Source: Guillardia theta CCMP2712
Lineage: Eukaryota; Protista; Cryptophyta
Reading direction: 5' to 3'
Length of the DNA stretch: 64,000 nucleotides
Assembly: GCF_000315625.1 (NCBI RefSeq)
Contig: NW_005434666.1
Span: 1,073,806 to 1,137,805 of the forward strand
In this document: positions 41,288 through 53,619 of the stretch, piece by piece
How positions within the stretch are numbered: the stretch's first letter is position 1
How the letters are laid out: each line of letters starts with the position of its first letter
The notes under the pieces: generated by a model
Databases searched by the model: none
Told to the model about the DNA's origin: nothing
The model's input: the letters and a program-made list of their open reading frames with translations, nothing else
Position numbers and translations under genes: made by a program

Positions 41288-42006
41288 TTATTCTGCCATC
41301 ACCTTTTCGATCATCTCGGCCAACTCTCCGGACTGAAATCGTCGGTCAACAAATACCAGCAAGGTAACAGATTATATGTCCAACCTGATACATGTCGATG
41401 GCGATGTCACATCCTCCAAGAAACTCTCCATCAACATACAGCTGCAGGAACAATCACCCGCACTTAGCAAGGCGTCCCAGGACAGGTAGGGAGGATAACC
41501 TGAGGGATGGTGGGCCAGTTGGAATATTCCTTGATACCCTGACGGAGAAGTTCGTTCTCCAGAACGTTGACGGCTTCATAACGGGCGTTGCAGGCGTTCA
41601 AAATCTGCACAGGTAGATGAATGAGCAACGCTCCTCTCCATATTCTCGTTTGAAATGACCTGCACAACCGTGTTGGAAAACCCGCACTGAGGAAAATCTT
41701 TGTTGCCCTTCATGAAGAGGACGATCTTGTTTTCCTTTACAACCTGTGTAAGAAGTTAAGAACTGGCTTCAAAGGAAGTCATTTTGCCTTATCGATTGCA
41801 TTCCACATGGGGCCCTTTCTATTAGAATCATCCAACTGCATTCTCAGTTGCAACGGACTGGTGTGAGCTGCCGTTCTCGGAGACTGAACGAAAGAATTTG
41901 CAACATTCCTGACAGCAAATCTGGTGCATCCAGGGAGCTGGAGAGAGAAGGACGACACTGAAGTGATTGATATGCCCAGGATTGTTAAGAGAAACGCTTT
42001 CGACAT
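41288..42006 (-). CDS. Monothiol CGFS glutaredoxin with bipartite plastid-targeting presequence, multi-exon
   Basis: [42 protein letters not shown] and [11 protein letters not shown]-terminus [20 protein letters not shown] (signal peptide then Phe) followed by an S/R-rich transit peptide. Confidence 0.93.
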
Positions 42007-42553
42007 CTATTGTACATGTTAGGGTTACCGTAAAGTAATCATATATTCTTGAACAATCAATCAAGCCATCAGTCATATCAACTTTTCTTCATGAACGGTC
42101 ACTACACTTCTTATTCCGACTGATTGGTTAGGCTAGCCTCAGCCTATTCCTCCTTCCAATCGCTTGGCGAAACTAAGGAAGAATATGTCATACATGAGGA
42201 CGCTCAGTCAATGTTCCACATCCTTTGAAATCCAACAAACGGTTTCTGTTCTGACTGAACAACTTGTCTATCTGGTCTGACACTTGAAGTTCCCTTGCTC
42301 TCCTCATGTCCTCGTCTCCTCTCCTACTCATTTCCTCGCCTACTCTACCAAGTCTTCGGCCTCCTAGTAATATCGGCATCTCCAAGGGGGCTTGCCAGCT
42401 AGTACCGGTGGTTTCGACTATCATAAAAAGGGTACAGAAATGGATGGGGTGGTGATATAAAGGTGATGCCGGCGTCACAGTCGAGAGCGCAAAGGTCTCA
42501 CAGTTGGCCCGGCGCGATTGTACTGAGGCGGACTCGAAGATTTTGTAAAGGCC

Positions 42554-43446
42554 ATGGCGATGCCGGCTGCGTGCCTGTCTTTCATGGTTGCCAACATCGA
42601 GGCGCGAAGAATGACGATGAAGCCTGCTGCTTCGTTATCTCACTGCTGCATGTTTGCTGATAGAAGGGCGTTCTCAACAGGAAGACAATGTGTCTTCCCA
42701 GCTGATAGGAAGGACAGGTGCTGTACGCGCACCTTCATGGCTGGAATCAACGGTGACGATGATATTATTGATGTGAGTGACTTGGTGGATTCCTCTGCTT
42801 ATGACTTTACCTGGGATGGACATGATGCAATGGTCTTTGAGAACTTTCGTTGCTCATCTGGTCAGATTGCGAATCACATCAAGAAGATGGTAGTTGACGA
42901 GCCTGCGCGAGTTTCAACCCTCATCGCACATTTCGGGGAAGAATCTCAAGAGGTGACTAGAATGTCAGCTTTAGGAGCCAGGCTGCTACGTCTGACCTTT
43001 TTATCGTCTCCCCTCCGTCATCTCATGGAGGATGAGATCCTCGGAACGTCCACTGTCGTAAGTTTGTTCATTCCCATACCAAACACCTTTTCACAGGTTT
43101 ATCAGGATTTCACAGCTGAAGATATCCTGGCAGTTGCAGAGAGTTCGGAAACAGAGGGTGCGCGGCTGATTGTTAACAGGAAGCAGAGAGACAACTCGGT
43201 GGCACGAGTTTTTCGACGGAAGACACCAAGTGAAGACGAGCGAGTCTCAAGTGCTGGTTCCGCATCGAGCAGGCTGCAAGATTTTACGGTCAAAGAACTC
43301 AAGGTGAGGAGAAGATTTGTCGTCACCATTCGAACTCATATCTCCGCTCATTACGCTTTTAGCTTCTTTGCAAGCGCCAGGGAGTGCCATCGAGTGGACG
43401 CAAGTCGGAACTGATAGAGCGACTGATGGGCGTGTTGGACAAATAG
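42554..43446 (+). CDS. Hypothetical protein with C-terminal SAP domain
   Basis: Splicing the last intron gives LQDFTVKELK|LLCKRQGVPSSGRKSELIERL, matching the SAP consensus. Confidence 0.72.
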
Positions 43447-43919
43447 ACAAGGGGACAGGAATCGTTTCTTCCATTGATTCGATTGAGCCACTTATATTAC
43501 AAAGACAGTCGTGAGGGTTGGAGGCAGAGATAAAGGGACAGAGAAAGAGGCAGAAGAGATTCAGATTTCAGTGAAGTATGGTACAGATAGAAGGGCTGTA
43601 ATCCTCAACCCAACACGCGCATGTACAAACCACGATCAAACAATAAACTGGGCATGTCTCTTTCAGGGCGACGAAGGAACTCGAAGGACGAGACAGAAAT
43701 CATGCGTTCACAGGCTTGATTTGAAGCTCAAGAGCCAAATGATCCGAGATAAACTTGTTTTCTCCGACCTATCAATCATGTCAAGCTTGACGTGGCATAA
43801 TATCTGTTTGACGCGATCACCCCATACGTCTCATTGAATGCTTTCAGACCAAATACCTGAAAACCAAGAAAGTTTCAGAAAGATGATCAAGTCGCAGTAT
43901 CATTCGAACCTGAGCACTG

Positions 43920-45490
43920 CCTGACACATATACATACGAGCTATTCGCTAGCTGTTGACTTCTGACACTCGAGAACCATGCGCTGTAGCAAATCGTGTTA
44001 CTGCTGACGGAAAATCTCGTGACAAGGTATGGGAGTTTGTATCCCCCAGAACATCGAGAGTGTCACTTACTAGTCCAATGATTCGAAGCCTATGATGTCC
44101 GTTGCGTTTCTATCTGTGAAAGAAACCGCTTGTCCTGTTGGAGCTAAATATTGACATGCCATACGTCCTCTCCATTACCTTTTGAGATCTGTTCCGCCAG
44201 CAGAATGTCCTGAAAAGAAAGTCATCGAAGACCTTGTTCAAGAGAGGTCAAGGTGCCTCTAGCGGGTTTAAGGTACGATTCGCTGCCTGGTAGGCTTTCA
44301 GCTGGTGCCTCGCGTCGATGTTGAGATCTCCCACGAGTAAAATTCCTCCCAGCTTGCAGCGATCGCACAAGAGATGCTGTTCTTGGAGCTTCAGCCCGAC
44401 TGTTTCGCGTATGTGTCGTACGATTTCAGACACCTGTGCAGAACGCTGAGTTTTGAACTGAACATTTTGACATACTTGGGATTGGCGAACACTTCTCGTG
44501 TATATTCCGCATGAATTTACCGCATAACTGGTAGGAGAAGTCAAGAGAAGGAATGAAAGTCTTGACAATCTCACCTCGAAAGGTGCAAGAAGAATGCTTC
44601 CAGTCCCATCAGCCACCAACTTCACAAGTCAAGGATCAATGCACGGCCTTGAAGCGTTAGGGACTCACTTGCGAGGCTGTATGCTGTGCAGAGTCCTTCC
44701 CTTCCCGCATTGCAGATGCGTGTTGCCAACCTTCAACCTTGACAAACGATCTGAGATCTCAAGGTCTGCAAAAATCGACCCCTTCCAAGTCCACATATCA
44801 ATTCCACTCCAATCCTGCATCAGCCCGGGAGCATCAGCGGTGGCTGGAGCTGCCCTCTCATCACCGTATATGGGAGCCAGACAGCCTCTGTCAAAGGGAA
44901 GCGGCTCACTATCAGAAGTCCAGCATTCTGACCAAACCAAGGATCTGGCGGCACGACCTTTCAATCCCCGCAGATTTCAGCGACATCCCGGAGTCGAAAA
45001 TGAAATTTACATGATATGTGAAGCCTTGCTCTCTCATCCTGTCCACCAGCCAACGTTGATGTCCCCATATCACAACCCCGAAGACCGACATGGTGAAAAC
45101 CTTGCCGCGGACGATCAGGACCAGAAGGGAACAAACTCTTCCAACAACCTCTTGCATCGCGATCACATCGTACTTGCCGACATAGCGCACGAGATCACTC
45201 AGTCGCTCCCGCACGTTGGATGATCCCTGAGCACAAGAGAGGTCAGAGAGCTCGTCACATCTCCCAAGTTGCACCGAGAACGGCCCGTACACGTTGAAAG
45301 TAAGGAATCTTAGTGAAGGCAAGGGTCCATGCTGAGAGACGTTGACGGCCAAGGGCGGCGATGAAGGGCCAGAGACGCGAGGACGAGATGGACAGCAGGT
45401 GCTTGTGATCACAGCTAGGAGCAGCAGCAGCAGCAGGGCGACGGAGGCAGCGCGCACTAGGAGCATGCTACTGCTCCTGGAATCGTTCAT
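43920..45490 (-). CDS. Endonuclease/exonuclease/phosphatase-fold (neutral sphingomyelinase-like) protein with N-terminal hydrophobic anchor, multi-exon
   Basis: LRFLTFNVY, YDVIAMQEV, NTHLQ and LLVGDLNID motifs. The 3' end is approximate. Confidence 0.75.
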
Positions 45491-45567
45491 TGCTTCATGA
45501 TCGGGGGCGCAATTCCCTGAGGCGGACCTGCACGAGCAAACGCACATCAATGCGTTGGCGGGCAACA

Positions 45568-45992
45568 ACGAGGGAGGGAGGGAGAGATGGAGGGAGAACG
45601 AGGGAGGGTGGAGGGAGGGTGGGAGAACGAGGGAGGGAGGAGGGGAGGGAGAACGAGGAGGGAGGAGGGAGGGAGAACGAGGAGGGAGGAGGGATGGAGG
45701 GAGAACGAGGGAGGGAGGAGGGAGGGTGGGAGAACGAGGGAGGGAGGAGGGAGGGAGAACGAGGGAGGGAGGAGGGAGGGAGAACGAGGAGGATGAGGGA
45801 TGGAGGGAGAACGAGGGAGTAGGAGGGAGGGTGGTAGAACGAGGAGGGAGGAGAGATGGAGGGAGAACGAGGGAGGGAGGAGGGCGAGAGGGNNNNNNNN
45901 NNNNNNNNNNNNNNNNNNNNNNNNNNNNNNNNNNNNNNNNNNNNNNNNNNNNNNNNNNNNNNNNNNNNNNNNNNNNNNNNNNNNNNNNNNNN
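45568..45992. other. GA-rich degenerate repeat (GGGAGAACGAGGGAGGGAGG-like) followed by a 100-N assembly gap (45893-45992)
   Basis: Directly visible. The same motif recurs at 46680-46790. Confidence 0.95.
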
Positions 45993-46661
45993 ATTCCCCC
46001 TCTCGATGCTCTCAAAGAGCTCCATGTAGCTCAAGTCCAGCTCCCCCCCAGCCACACACTCCTCGGGCAGCTGGAAGAAGATCCTCTCCAACCTCCCCTC
46101 CCTCTCGATCTCGATGTTCGCCATCCTCTCCCTAAAGAATGCTCCTGCCTTCTCCGTCTGCTTGATCGCCATCCTGATCACTCCGGTGCGATCAAACGCC
46201 ACCAGGAACGACATGACGAGAAAGTAGCTGATTCCCTCCTTCACAAGCTCCGCCTCCGAGAGTCCGGTCTTCTCTTGCAGCATGTCGTAGCAGTGAGTGG
46301 TTTGCTGCACGATTCCGCTCCACTGCAGGGTAGTGATCATCCGGGCAGGGATGACGTCATCCTGGACGCCCTCCAGGAAGGCGTTGAGACAAGTCGACAT
46401 GGCGACCTTGAGCCGCGTCCTCATCAGGTTCCTGACCCTCACCGCCTGCGGGCTCCTGTCGGGCGACTGAGAACTGCTCGAGCAAGTCTCGAAGAAGACG
46501 CGGGAGAAGATGCGATCCACGAGGTCGAAGAAGTCAGCGGTCGACAGCTCCCACTGGTTGTCGAGGTTGGGGCCGTACATGGCGTCAGCGATCATCATGA
46601 ACGCGCGGATTATCCCCTCCACCTCGTAGACGTTGGCAGACGCAATGAGAGAGTTGATGTC
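45993..46661 (-). CDS. Isolated exon of an IP3-receptor/ryanodine-receptor-like Ca2+ channel
   Basis: RLKVAMSTCLNAFLEG and FFRERMANIEIEREGRLERIFFQLPEEC resemble the ITPR/RyR 'L..LLSMLEG' and 'IEI.R...E.I.FP.P..C' segments preceding the channel domain. The AG acceptor is at 46662-46663. Confidence 0.65.
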
Positions 46662-47026
46662 CTGAGAGAGGGTTCAGACATGAGGAGAGGAAGAACGAGG
46701 GAGGGAGGAGAGATGGAGGGAGAACGAGGGAGGGAGGAGGGCGAGAGGGAGAACGAGGGAGGGAGGAGAGAGGGAGAGGAGGGAGGACCAGGATCCATGA
46801 AAACTTTTGAGGAAACTAGCTGAGTACGAGGTTGGGTTCGGGGATGGGAAGGGAGACATTGGGATTGCTCTTGGGATTGAGGGAATTGAATTTTGTGTGG
46901 CTCTGATACATTTTGCTGTTAGAGTCTTCTTGTGAGTTCTTCAACTCATTCAATTAAGATTCTTCATTGATCGTCGTTAGTCCATCCTTACTCATGAAAG
47001 AGGCTTGCTCGGCTCAATCAAGTTAG

Positions 47027-49486
47027 ATGGGTTTTGTTGGATGTTTTGGATGCTTCTCTAGAAAGAAGGTTGCCCCGGAGGAGCTCTCTGAAGGAAACGA
47101 GTTGCCCAATGCTTTTCCAACTGAACAGAGACATGTCGAGCAGCATGATCCTCCGGATGACCGTACGGACCAGAACCATATAACGGAGAAGAAGCAGAGG
47201 GAGCGGGAAAAGCAGCAGGAGCAGAAGGAGGAGCAGGTGCGGGAGAAGGAGCAGGGGAACAGTAAAGAGGAGCTAGTGCGGGAGCAGGACCGGGAGCAGG
47301 ACATCGAGGTGTTTTTGGACGACAACAAACTTTCAAAGAACTCAGAGTTGATAGCAAACAAACTTGAGCCCATGCAGGACATACAAGAGCTGAAAGAGGA
47401 ATACCTCCTGCATAAGATTTCTACCATAGGTGGTGAGTCACAGGCGGAAAGAGAGCGCAAGGAGACAATTCTTTTGTGTCATAGTCGATGCCGTCTTGCA
47501 GTCAAGTCGACAAGATTCCAAGTTGTCACTGAGAAACGGCCCAACACTCTATCAGGCCGCTCGGAAGTCTTTCGGCATGCAGTCAGATGTATTGTCTTAG
47601 TGGACTACCATGCCACCAAGTCTGTTGACTTCGAGGCTTCCCTGAGTTTCATCAAGGTGCTGAGAAAGCCTGTCTTTGCGACGAAGTTAGACTCTTACTT
47701 CAACCCTACTGGATCTGTCGCTGCAATCTGTAAAGCCTACGGTACTTGGTTCAACTCGTGGGACGAGCTGGCAAAGGAGCTCAAAGTGGCTGACAGCTTT
47801 ACGTTTGAGGATGCAGACACTGTGGAAAAGGAGAATTCATTCGAAGAAACCAAGGCTGGAGAATCGCCGGAGAGCGAGAAGAACGAGGAGCTTGAGCAGA
47901 GACACGATCTTTTCTTCTCTGCTTGCGAGGACGAGGGAAGATTGATTGCCAAACATCTAGAGCAAGATGTGCTGGTGCAGGGTTTGTTCTCGCACATTCA
48001 AAGGAGCACTGGGCACATGGATCGAGACATGGACCTGATCAAGAGGTCGAAGCTCGTGGTCTTCGTCATCACAGAAGGAACCGCCTGGTCCTCCCTGCAG
48101 CTCATCCACCTGGAGGCTGCTCGGAGCTGGAAGAGGCAACTTCTGCCCATCAAGCGGGAAGGAGTGCCTTTGGGTGACGGTTGGCTCAGCCTAGCGTTAG
48201 CTGGAAAGCTCTACTACGAGATCGATCCCTCCGACCTGAGCAAACTTCGAGTGCCGTTCAAGGAGAACCCAAACTCTCCCATCCGGATCGCCGACTCCAC
48301 ACCAGCGATTGAGATGCTGAGAGCTGCACAAGCTCTCATGCTGTTGGCCAACCGCAAAGTCATCGATTACGATCATCTCTTTGAGGAGCGCAACGAGCAG
48401 ATTGTCTCTATCTACAAGCAGGAGGCGCTTGCGGCGGGCGTGAAGGAGGAAGAGGCAGAAACAATCTGTAATCATCTGGACGTGTCACCAGCTTCGAGTG
48501 TCCTGGAGGAAGCGAATGCTGCTGCATCTGTGACGGAAGAGCAGGTTTCTGGTTTCCCTCCCGCTGTAGAACTTCTTCCTGCTCAACAAGCGCTTCAGAT
48601 GACCGATATTCGTTACACCATCACCCGCTTGGAGCACGTTCCTCCCCAAGAAGTCTGCGATGAGTTTGGCATTCCGATCCCAGGCCTCATGTTTGACCTG
48701 ATGATCTCCTACGAGTGGGGCAGCCAAGAGCAAGCGATTGACTACTTCTTCCAGCTGCGCATGCAGAACGTCAAGCTCTGGTTCGATGTGATGGGGAACA
48801 TGCAAGGGAACATGAACGCAGCCATGGCGGCGGCTGTTGAGAGTGCCGCCTGTCTCTTGGTCCTGCTTTCAGAGCGCTATGAGAAGTCCATCAACTGTCG
48901 CCTGGAGCTGGAATATGCTGTGAGCATCAACAAGCCCATCGTCTTCCTCTGCCTCCCAAGCTACGACGTGCTCTCTATGGCCGGCTGGATCAAGGAGATC
49001 ATCGGAGAGCCGATGCAGGTGTATCCTGCTGCCGAGGGCTCAGCCGAGGTTGCCTCCAAGTACCTCGTGCTTCAAGGATCTGCTCCTTCTGTTCGCGGCG
49101 TTCCCCTGCCGAATGTCATAGCCACTGCTGTCCGCCGCCTCGCACAGCTGAGAAACAGTCGGACCCGTCCGTGCCGAGACGCCACGCCCCTCCTCTTCCT
49201 CAAGACGCGGGCGCTGATCTCAGCAGCTGCGAGCGCGTCGGAGACGTCGGGGATGGTCGTATGCTCGCGGTGCAAGACTCTCTTCAACCCCCTGGTGTCT
49301 TCGGAGGGGAAGTGCCGCAAACACTCGAGCTACTACATGGGCGGGACGATCATGGCTGGTCGGTGGGTGTGCTGCAACGACAACGACAAGGACGGTCCTG
49401 GTTGTACGCCATGCTCGCACATGGCTGAAGCGAGGACATGGACGTTGATGCAAGGGTATGGCACGCATACTTGGGAACCTGCTTAG
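47027..49486 (+). CDS. Intronless multi-TIR-domain protein with a C-terminal Btk-type Cys/His zinc motif
   Basis: FDLMISYEW...LWFD...SERYEKSINCRLELEYA (TIR_2-like), two degenerate upstream TIR-like units, and CRKHSSYY...GRWVCCNDNDKDGPGC. Confidence 0.82.
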   Translation: MGFVGCFGCFSRKKVAPEELSEGNELPNAFPTEQRHVEQHDPPDDRTDQNHITEKKQREREKQQEQKEEQVREKEQGNSKEELVREQDREQDIEVFLDDNKLSKNSELIANKLEPMQDIQELKEEYLLHKISTIGGESQAERERKETILLCHSRCRLAVKSTRFQVVTEKRPNTLSGRSEVFRHAVRCIVLVDYHATKSVDFEASLSFIKVLRKPVFATKLDSYFNPTGSVAAICKAYGTWFNSWDELAKELKVADSFTFEDADTVEKENSFEETKAGESPESEKNEELEQRHDLFFSACEDEGRLIAKHLEQDVLVQGLFSHIQRSTGHMDRDMDLIKRSKLVVFVITEGTAWSSLQLIHLEAARSWKRQLLPIKREGVPLGDGWLSLALAGKLYYEIDPSDLSKLRVPFKENPNSPIRIADSTPAIEMLRAAQALMLLANRKVIDYDHLFEERNEQIVSIYKQEALAAGVKEEEAETICNHLDVSPASSVLEEANAAASVTEEQVSGFPPAVELLPAQQALQMTDIRYTITRLEHVPPQEVCDEFGIPIPGLMFDLMISYEWGSQEQAIDYFFQLRMQNVKLWFDVMGNMQGNMNAAMAAAVESAACLLVLLSERYEKSINCRLELEYAVSINKPIVFLCLPSYDVLSMAGWIKEIIGEPMQVYPAAEGSAEVASKYLVLQGSAPSVRGVPLPNVIATAVRRLAQLRNSRTRPCRDATPLLFLKTRALISAAASASETSGMVVCSRCKTLFNPLVSSEGKCRKHSSYYMGGTIMAGRWVCCNDNDKDGPGCTPCSHMAEARTWTLMQGYGTHTWEPA

Positions 49487-49519
49487 CAAAAAGGTGACAG
49501 GAAGCACAACCACCCTGCA

Positions 49520-52500
49520 TGTAATGACGTAGCAGTATCAAGTTAACTTGTTGTAATGTTTTCCATGTTATGTAAAGGTGATTAGGTAGAAAGTTGATAT
49601 CAATCGTAACTTCCGGCGACATTGCGGCATCGCCCATGTTGTTTGGTATCAAGGTGCTCCAGCGGTAAACATCAAGACTTGAAAGAGCGATATGAATTAA
49701 GATAGAAATAATTCACATGTGTTGAGACGAATAATAAGAGAAGAACACACAATGCAAGATCGCATCAGAAGCAATCTAACACTTGAAAATCTTTAATGAC
49801 ATCTCCCACTAATATACAAGAAAAACTCAAACCCACACGCTCATTTCTTTCTGCTTTCAAAACTCACCCGGCGAGTGGCCATAAAGAGGCCAATAACTGT
49901 AAAGCTGTAAGAGCCGAAGAGGGACGGGCGGGGGCAGGCAGAGAAGTCGGACAAAGAAAGCAGCAGCAAGCTAAGACAGGGAGAGAAAAGAGTATCTTAC
50001 GGATCTCTGCTGAGATAAAGTAGCGGAGCTGACGCATTAGGCGCGAATGGGTTGTACAGGGCATCACACGTGAAAGGATCTAAAGCGACGTGAGTGGTTA
50101 ACCAGCAGGAGAGAAAGGAAGGGCAGAAATAAGCAAGAAGGAGGGTGAGAGGGAGGGGAAAGGGAGGGAGGGAGAGAGCGGACGATCAGTGAAAGAGTGT
50201 GGCTCACTAGGTGTGAAAGCCTCCTCTGCCAATAAGATGCCCAACATCCTGACATTCAGCTCGGCATAGTATAAGGTGTCAAAGTCTTCAACTTGCCCCA
50301 GCTCTTCGACCACCTGCATCGTGACCATGTCAGGTCGCAGAGCAGGGAAGCCCAGACCAACATGCTGAGACGGGTCTTGCATCTTAAAGTCGATGTAGTT
50401 GTTGTAGGCGTCCTGGAAAGTCTCATTCCCTGGCTTTCCGTCGATCCACTTCTTCTCCAGCCCTCGTCTCCGCGTCGGTTGACCCGGTCGCCGCGCGTCG
50501 ATGTCAAGTCCCTGTCACGCTCTTGAGGCACTGAGAGCAGTTGGAGCAGGTTGGCAACGGCACCTTCTCACGCACGTACTTCTTGACCCTGACAAGGCTG
50601 TGCTCGTCGTAGAGACTCTTTGCCTGCCACATGAAATCTTCCATCTACCGCGGGGTCACTCACAATCAGCTTCATGTCTGAGTCCTTACGATGGCGCGCG
50701 CCATGTAAGCGTCATTATACTGCGACTCGTTTGCAAGGATCGAGATGTTGCAGCTGCAGGTCTGTCCGAAAGTTCCTGTCAAAACGAGTTTAGCACAAGA
50801 CACTCTTTGATAGATTGTGAGTAAAATTCACCTTTGGGGATCTTTGTGAAATCCAAATTTCCGTCTTGAATGCAAGGCAAAGGACAGTAGCCCTGTTTGA
50901 AGATTTCGTAGATTCTTCCAAACCTGGATCAAATTTAAAGGAATTGTCTCTCTCTGCTTCATCGCACCTGTTACAGAGTCTGTCTGGAAGTTGCAACGAG
51001 AAATCTGAAATGGTCAAGTCCACATCTATCGGGTTCGGTGAGATAGCTGCTCCGCACGCCTGGTTGCCTGCCCGATGATTTAGATGAAGTTGAAGGCAGA
51101 TGGAAGCACAGAGGGGAGGGGATGAGAAGAAAGAGAGAGATAGAGGAAACAGAAGGAAGAGAGGAGGGGGGGACGAAGAGATAGAAGAGATATGGAGGGA
51201 GGGTGCAAGCAAGAGAGAAGATGGCCAGCATGGGTATGAGGAATGTGGGAGGCATTACCGATGAGCTGAGAGATCGAATTTGGTGGACAACATTCTAGAA
51301 CGCCTGTTGAGAACTTTACAGACAACTTGCCCTGAGATCCATTTCGGGGTACCGTTTGCAGGATTCGCTCTAGTTGTCAACCCCAAGTTTGTCCATGAAT
51401 ACTGATGACTCATGAGTTCTGAAGTCTGGTTGCCAGGCTTTACAACACAAGACTGATTTCGAATCAAGTCGTTCAACTACAGACAGTCATTGCATCATGT
51501 AATCCAATAAATCACCGTCATACCAGAGGGCAAAAAATGCATTCTCCCGTCCGTGGAGACGTTACCTGCATTGCTTTAGAAACATCAAAAACCATAATAT
51601 TTACATATCCGCTCGCTTCGCATGGTTTCTGTAAACACAAACCAGTCTTGTTATCTAGTCCCCACTGGCATCCATTGTTGTTCACGAGCTCCGCAGCAAT
51701 GTCGCATTTGGATCCAAACTGACAAAATTTTCATGATCGCTGAGAGGATGAGACGAAGCCAAACCTTGTCGCCTCTCACGGACATGGAAAGCTACAAGGT
51801 TGGATCAGATGATCTCAATCAACATCTAAATGCATTCACACCCATCCAGCACCATTCTGAGGTATGTACTCGGAATCCTCGAGTTTGGATGCTGTGCCTG
51901 CAACCCCCGTCAGAGAAGAACACTGGACGAGAAAGCTTCCTGCGGGCCATTCTTCAGAGATCAGAGGAGCCATCCAGATCTCATCTTCGAGCAGTTGCGA
52001 GCGCGACATTCCTGTCCGAGCTCAGGTCTGCCTCAGAGTCTCTAGCAGTACCGCTAATTGATATCGTCAGCTCGTATCTTGTGTTTGTTTTCCACTTCGT
52101 CGATGACAAGAGTGCACAATTCGGCTGTCATGGTCAGTTAAGATTTGCGTTCAAGGTTGGACTACCACGCCGCCGCGAGGCTCCACCAGCTTGTGTGCAA
52201 AGGAAGAAGTCGTCGAAGATTCGTAAAAATTGTCGTATCTTCATGAAATCAGTCACTTGCTCTCCAGGTTTTTGTACGAGACCCACCTCATATATTGAAA
52301 CGACGACGCGTAAAATTCGTCATTCGAAAGAAAATCTGAAAGCTCCCCGAACTGTAACCTTCGTCAATTAGGACAAGGTGACGAGAAAAAAATCGATATG
52401 CGTTCCTGAATAGCTTCGTAAAGAAATTCAACTGTTGAGGAGCTCGTAGACGTCGATGTCTTGGGAGAAAAGAACTGCAGATTTGTACCCTGCTCGTACA

Positions 52501-53146
52501 CAACGTTCCCTTCGGTGTTGAACAAAGTTCCTCCCTCTACAACTTTCTCGACAGAGAACTGCATAAAGGATTAAGTTGAAGATAAGGCCCCCTCAACCTT
52601 GCACGTACCTGCATCTGCGATATGTTGATACCCGGTGTGGTCAAACAGAATAGAAGGGAGTCAAACTGATACAAGGAGGAGGACATCTCAATCTTCGTTA
52701 TCGTCTTGGTGCCATTCGCCTTGATAGCGCTCACCTGCCATGCGGCGTCATGCCTGAAGGAGTGGGAGCATGCGCACCCTGCACTGTTGATGCCCTTGAG
52801 GGTCCCACTCGACAGGTTTGCTGCATCTCAAGCAGAACTGCTGCTGGCAGTAAGCTGAAGCTGTCGGTACAGTGAAGTTGAAAGACTTCCAGGGCTGCAA
52901 GGAAAGTTCGTAGCTGCACGCAGATCAGACGAGGAGGTGAAAGTGAAGGCAAGTGGGACTGCAGGACGAGAAATGAAAGAAAAGCAAGGTTGAGCGGAGG
53001 CTTTGGAAACGCGAGAGGAAGAGGCAGCCATGAGACCTGATCACTTGCTGGTCCACATTCATCTGAGTCGACGAAGGATGCAAGCAGAAGAAGAGAACGA
53101 GGACCACGAGAGGAAGGCGACGAGGAAAGCAGAGCGGGAGAGACAT
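49520..53146 (-). CDS. Hypothetical secreted protein, multi-exon
   Basis: Signal-peptide-like MSLPLCFPRRLPLVVLVLFFCLHPSS and a chain of coding-like exons with GT-AG sites. No family recognised and boundaries are approximate. Confidence 0.5.
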
Positions 53147-53619
53147 GGCGGGCGGTATGGCGGGAGTAGTAGCAGTTTCTTGGAGAAAAATTGAGCTTTT
53201 AAAACTATTTTCCACCGGGGCCGGGCCGATCACCGGGTGGGTATCAGTGACTCGGATTCAATGTCCGACATTACAAGTCCGAGTGACTTGTTCAAGCCCG
53301 GCCCAGTACGGACTCACTGACTGGTCAGTGGCCCCCGCCGGCCCGTGCCTAGGTTAGATCTGAGGGGTGGGTGCAGATTGGCTTTTCTAAACTGACGGTT
53401 GCAGACAGGGGCGGGGGTCCGAGGTGGCACCGGTGATCAGTAGACTCGGACGACTACTGTAAGTAGTCACTTGATAGCGAGTACCAACCTACCCCACCTA
53501 CCTGCCCTCGTCCCTCTATCCGAGACTCCCTCCATAGTAACTTCCGTAACGCCGACCTCATCGCGCACTTCCCCACTCTTTCCCTCTTGTCCTTCTCCTC
53601 CTCCTGTTAATCCTTCCTC

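Noticed and set aside
45490-46823. Long G/R/E- or P/S-rich ORFs spanning the N run
   Set aside because: Low-complexity GA repeat plus gap read-through; only the 45993-46661 exon looks coding.
51622-52371. 249-aa plus-strand ORF
   Set aside because: It overlaps the minus-strand multi-exon gene, whose splice signals fit better; likely a shadow ORF.
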